Assembly: GCF_001194135.2 (NCBI RefSeq)
Contig: NC_069000.1
Coordinates: 16,628,151-16,678,993 of the forward strand
Direction: 5' to 3'
Source of the DNA: Octopus bimaculoides
Lineage: Eukaryota
DNA: 50,843 nt
Shown one piece after another: positions 48,976-50,843 of the stretch (position 1 is its first letter; every line of letters begins with the position of its first letter). The notes under the pieces are model-generated. The model made no database searches. It was not told the DNA's origin and saw only the letters and a list, made by a program, of their open reading frames with translations. A program made the translations under genes and the position numbers.

Positions 48976-49419
48976 GTAGTGAGTGTGGCATAACAATCAT
49001 TCTAATGCAAAAAATGTATACACTTGGTGACTCTGCTAGTTTAAATATTACTGCTTTGTTGCGAGAGCTATTGGGTTTTAAAAATTCACCAAAATTGCAA
49101 CAGGCGCGCGGCTTGCCTTCCCTTTGATAAATTCACCCCTTTATATATGTATGTATATAGTTAAATGTAATTAGATGTGTGTGTAGGTATACACATATTT
49201 ATTATAGAAATATGAATACATCCACATAAGATATACAATACATGTGTGTATACATGTATACATTTTTGTATACACCCACAGATGCATACACACATACAAA
49301 CACACATACACACACACATATTTAATATTATCCACGTATTAATTTCATAACGTGCATTTAAAAGCTTCGGTACTGTTATCAGCCGAATAGAAAAGGGTTA
49401 TTCCTTGAGCTATATTTTT

Positions 49420-49569
49420 GTGTATATATCTATATCTATATCTATATATATATTATACATACATACTTACATACATACATTCACTCACACACAAACACAC
49501 ATACATACACACACACACACATATATATATACATATATATATACATACATATATATATGAATGTATATG

Positions 49570-49627
<58 letters not shown>

Positions 49628-49633
49628 AGGAGA

Positions 49634-49681
<48 letters not shown>

Positions 49682-49706
49682 AAAGTGTATTTACGCGCTA
49701 TATATA

Positions 49707-49755
<49 letters not shown>

Positions 49756-50146
49756 ATATATGGATAAAGAGGTTTCACTCAGTAAAGATCAGAAAGGACA
49801 TCTTACAGACAATACGATATCGAATAATTTTTTTTCTGTATAAAACCGGATATTTGTGTTGGAGTGTGCGTAGGTGCGGGTGGGTGTGAGGGAGAGAGAA
49901 GTGTGTTTTGTGTGTGTGTATGTGTGTGTGTTTGTCATTTAGTAGTACATTAGACTGTAAAAGAGCTGCAGTCACACGTCGCCCGTTCGAGGCGTCTGCT
50001 CGTGTTACATCGAGGCTGTACTTGCATGCACTGCGTGAACTAAACAGATGTCTACAAGTTAGCTACCTCAAGTGAAATATGTGTGTTCACGTCTATATGT
50101 ATCTGTGTGTGTTGTGTGTGTGTGTCTGAGATTGTGTGTGTCTGAG

Positions 50147-50202
<56 letters not shown>

Positions 50203-50408
50203 TCTTACTGCTTGTCTTTGTACACAGAATACAGACTCATATATAGATGTACAATTCTAAAAGTACATATATATTTCGAAATGCAGATACGATTAATATT
50301 AACATACATATATATATATACACACACATAAACACACGCACACGCACTCACACGCACACACACAATAAACAAAGTCTACAAGCACACAAACACATATGTG
50401 TATATGTG

Positions 50409-50440
<32 letters not shown>

Positions 50441-50620
50441 GTGGGCGTGCGTGTATATATATTTGTGTGTTTATATATAGGTGTGTGCATGTGTCTGTGA
50501 TACCCATGTCAAGTACACCCGTTCACACCTACACACATGAACACACTCTTACGCACACGCGCATACAATCTCCAAAGGAAGCACGCGCGCACACGCACAC
50601 ACATGCATTTATGCATACAC
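49420..50620. repeat. Microsatellite-rich zone (TA, CA, GT, GA)
   Basis: Direct reading. Confidence 0.85.
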
Positions 50621-50843
50621 AACGTCCACTCTGGGACGCTCACACTCACTCACCCCGTCTAAAGTTTGGCAGTCAAACAGAAAATCAAAAGTATACAATG
50701 AATAAATACATAAAACCAATGCTTATAACTGCCCTTCCATTAGTTCCATTTCTTTGGCCCCTCTTCTGCCACCTCTGCCAGTACCAGCAATATCGCCACC
50801 ACCACCACCGCCGCCGCCACCACCACCGTCTACACCACCACCG

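Overview
AT-rich, microsatellite-saturated eukaryotic scaffold segment with 10 assembly gaps (about 4.4 kb of N). The repeat landscape (dense CA/TATG/TAA/GATA microsatellites plus recurrent tRNA-derived SINEs) suggests an octopus (cephalopod) genome; this is inference, not a database match. No intact host gene, rRNA, tRNA or CRISPR array is supportable, and almost all listed ORFs are microsatellite or N-gap artefacts. The window is intergenic or intronic and full of decayed transposons: a CR1/L2-like RT fragment, several R4/Dong-like RT and restriction-like endonuclease fragments mostly next to (TAA)n tracts, a decayed RTE LINE, two oppositely oriented Penelope-type GIY-YIG fragments, three mariner remnants, two TIR/MITE-like elements and at least three SINE families. 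The most notable unannotated structure is three dispersed minimal type-I hammerhead-ribozyme-like motifs (12611-12657 +, 16699-16731 -, 18860-18905 -). One lies immediately downstream of a GIY-YIG frame; the other two are in short non-coding segments, suggesting Penelope-derived or retrozyme-like elements. Other unexplained items are a perfect 38-bp palindrome, a ~556-bp element embedded in a TTA array, and a TIR element carrying a perfect RFX X-box.
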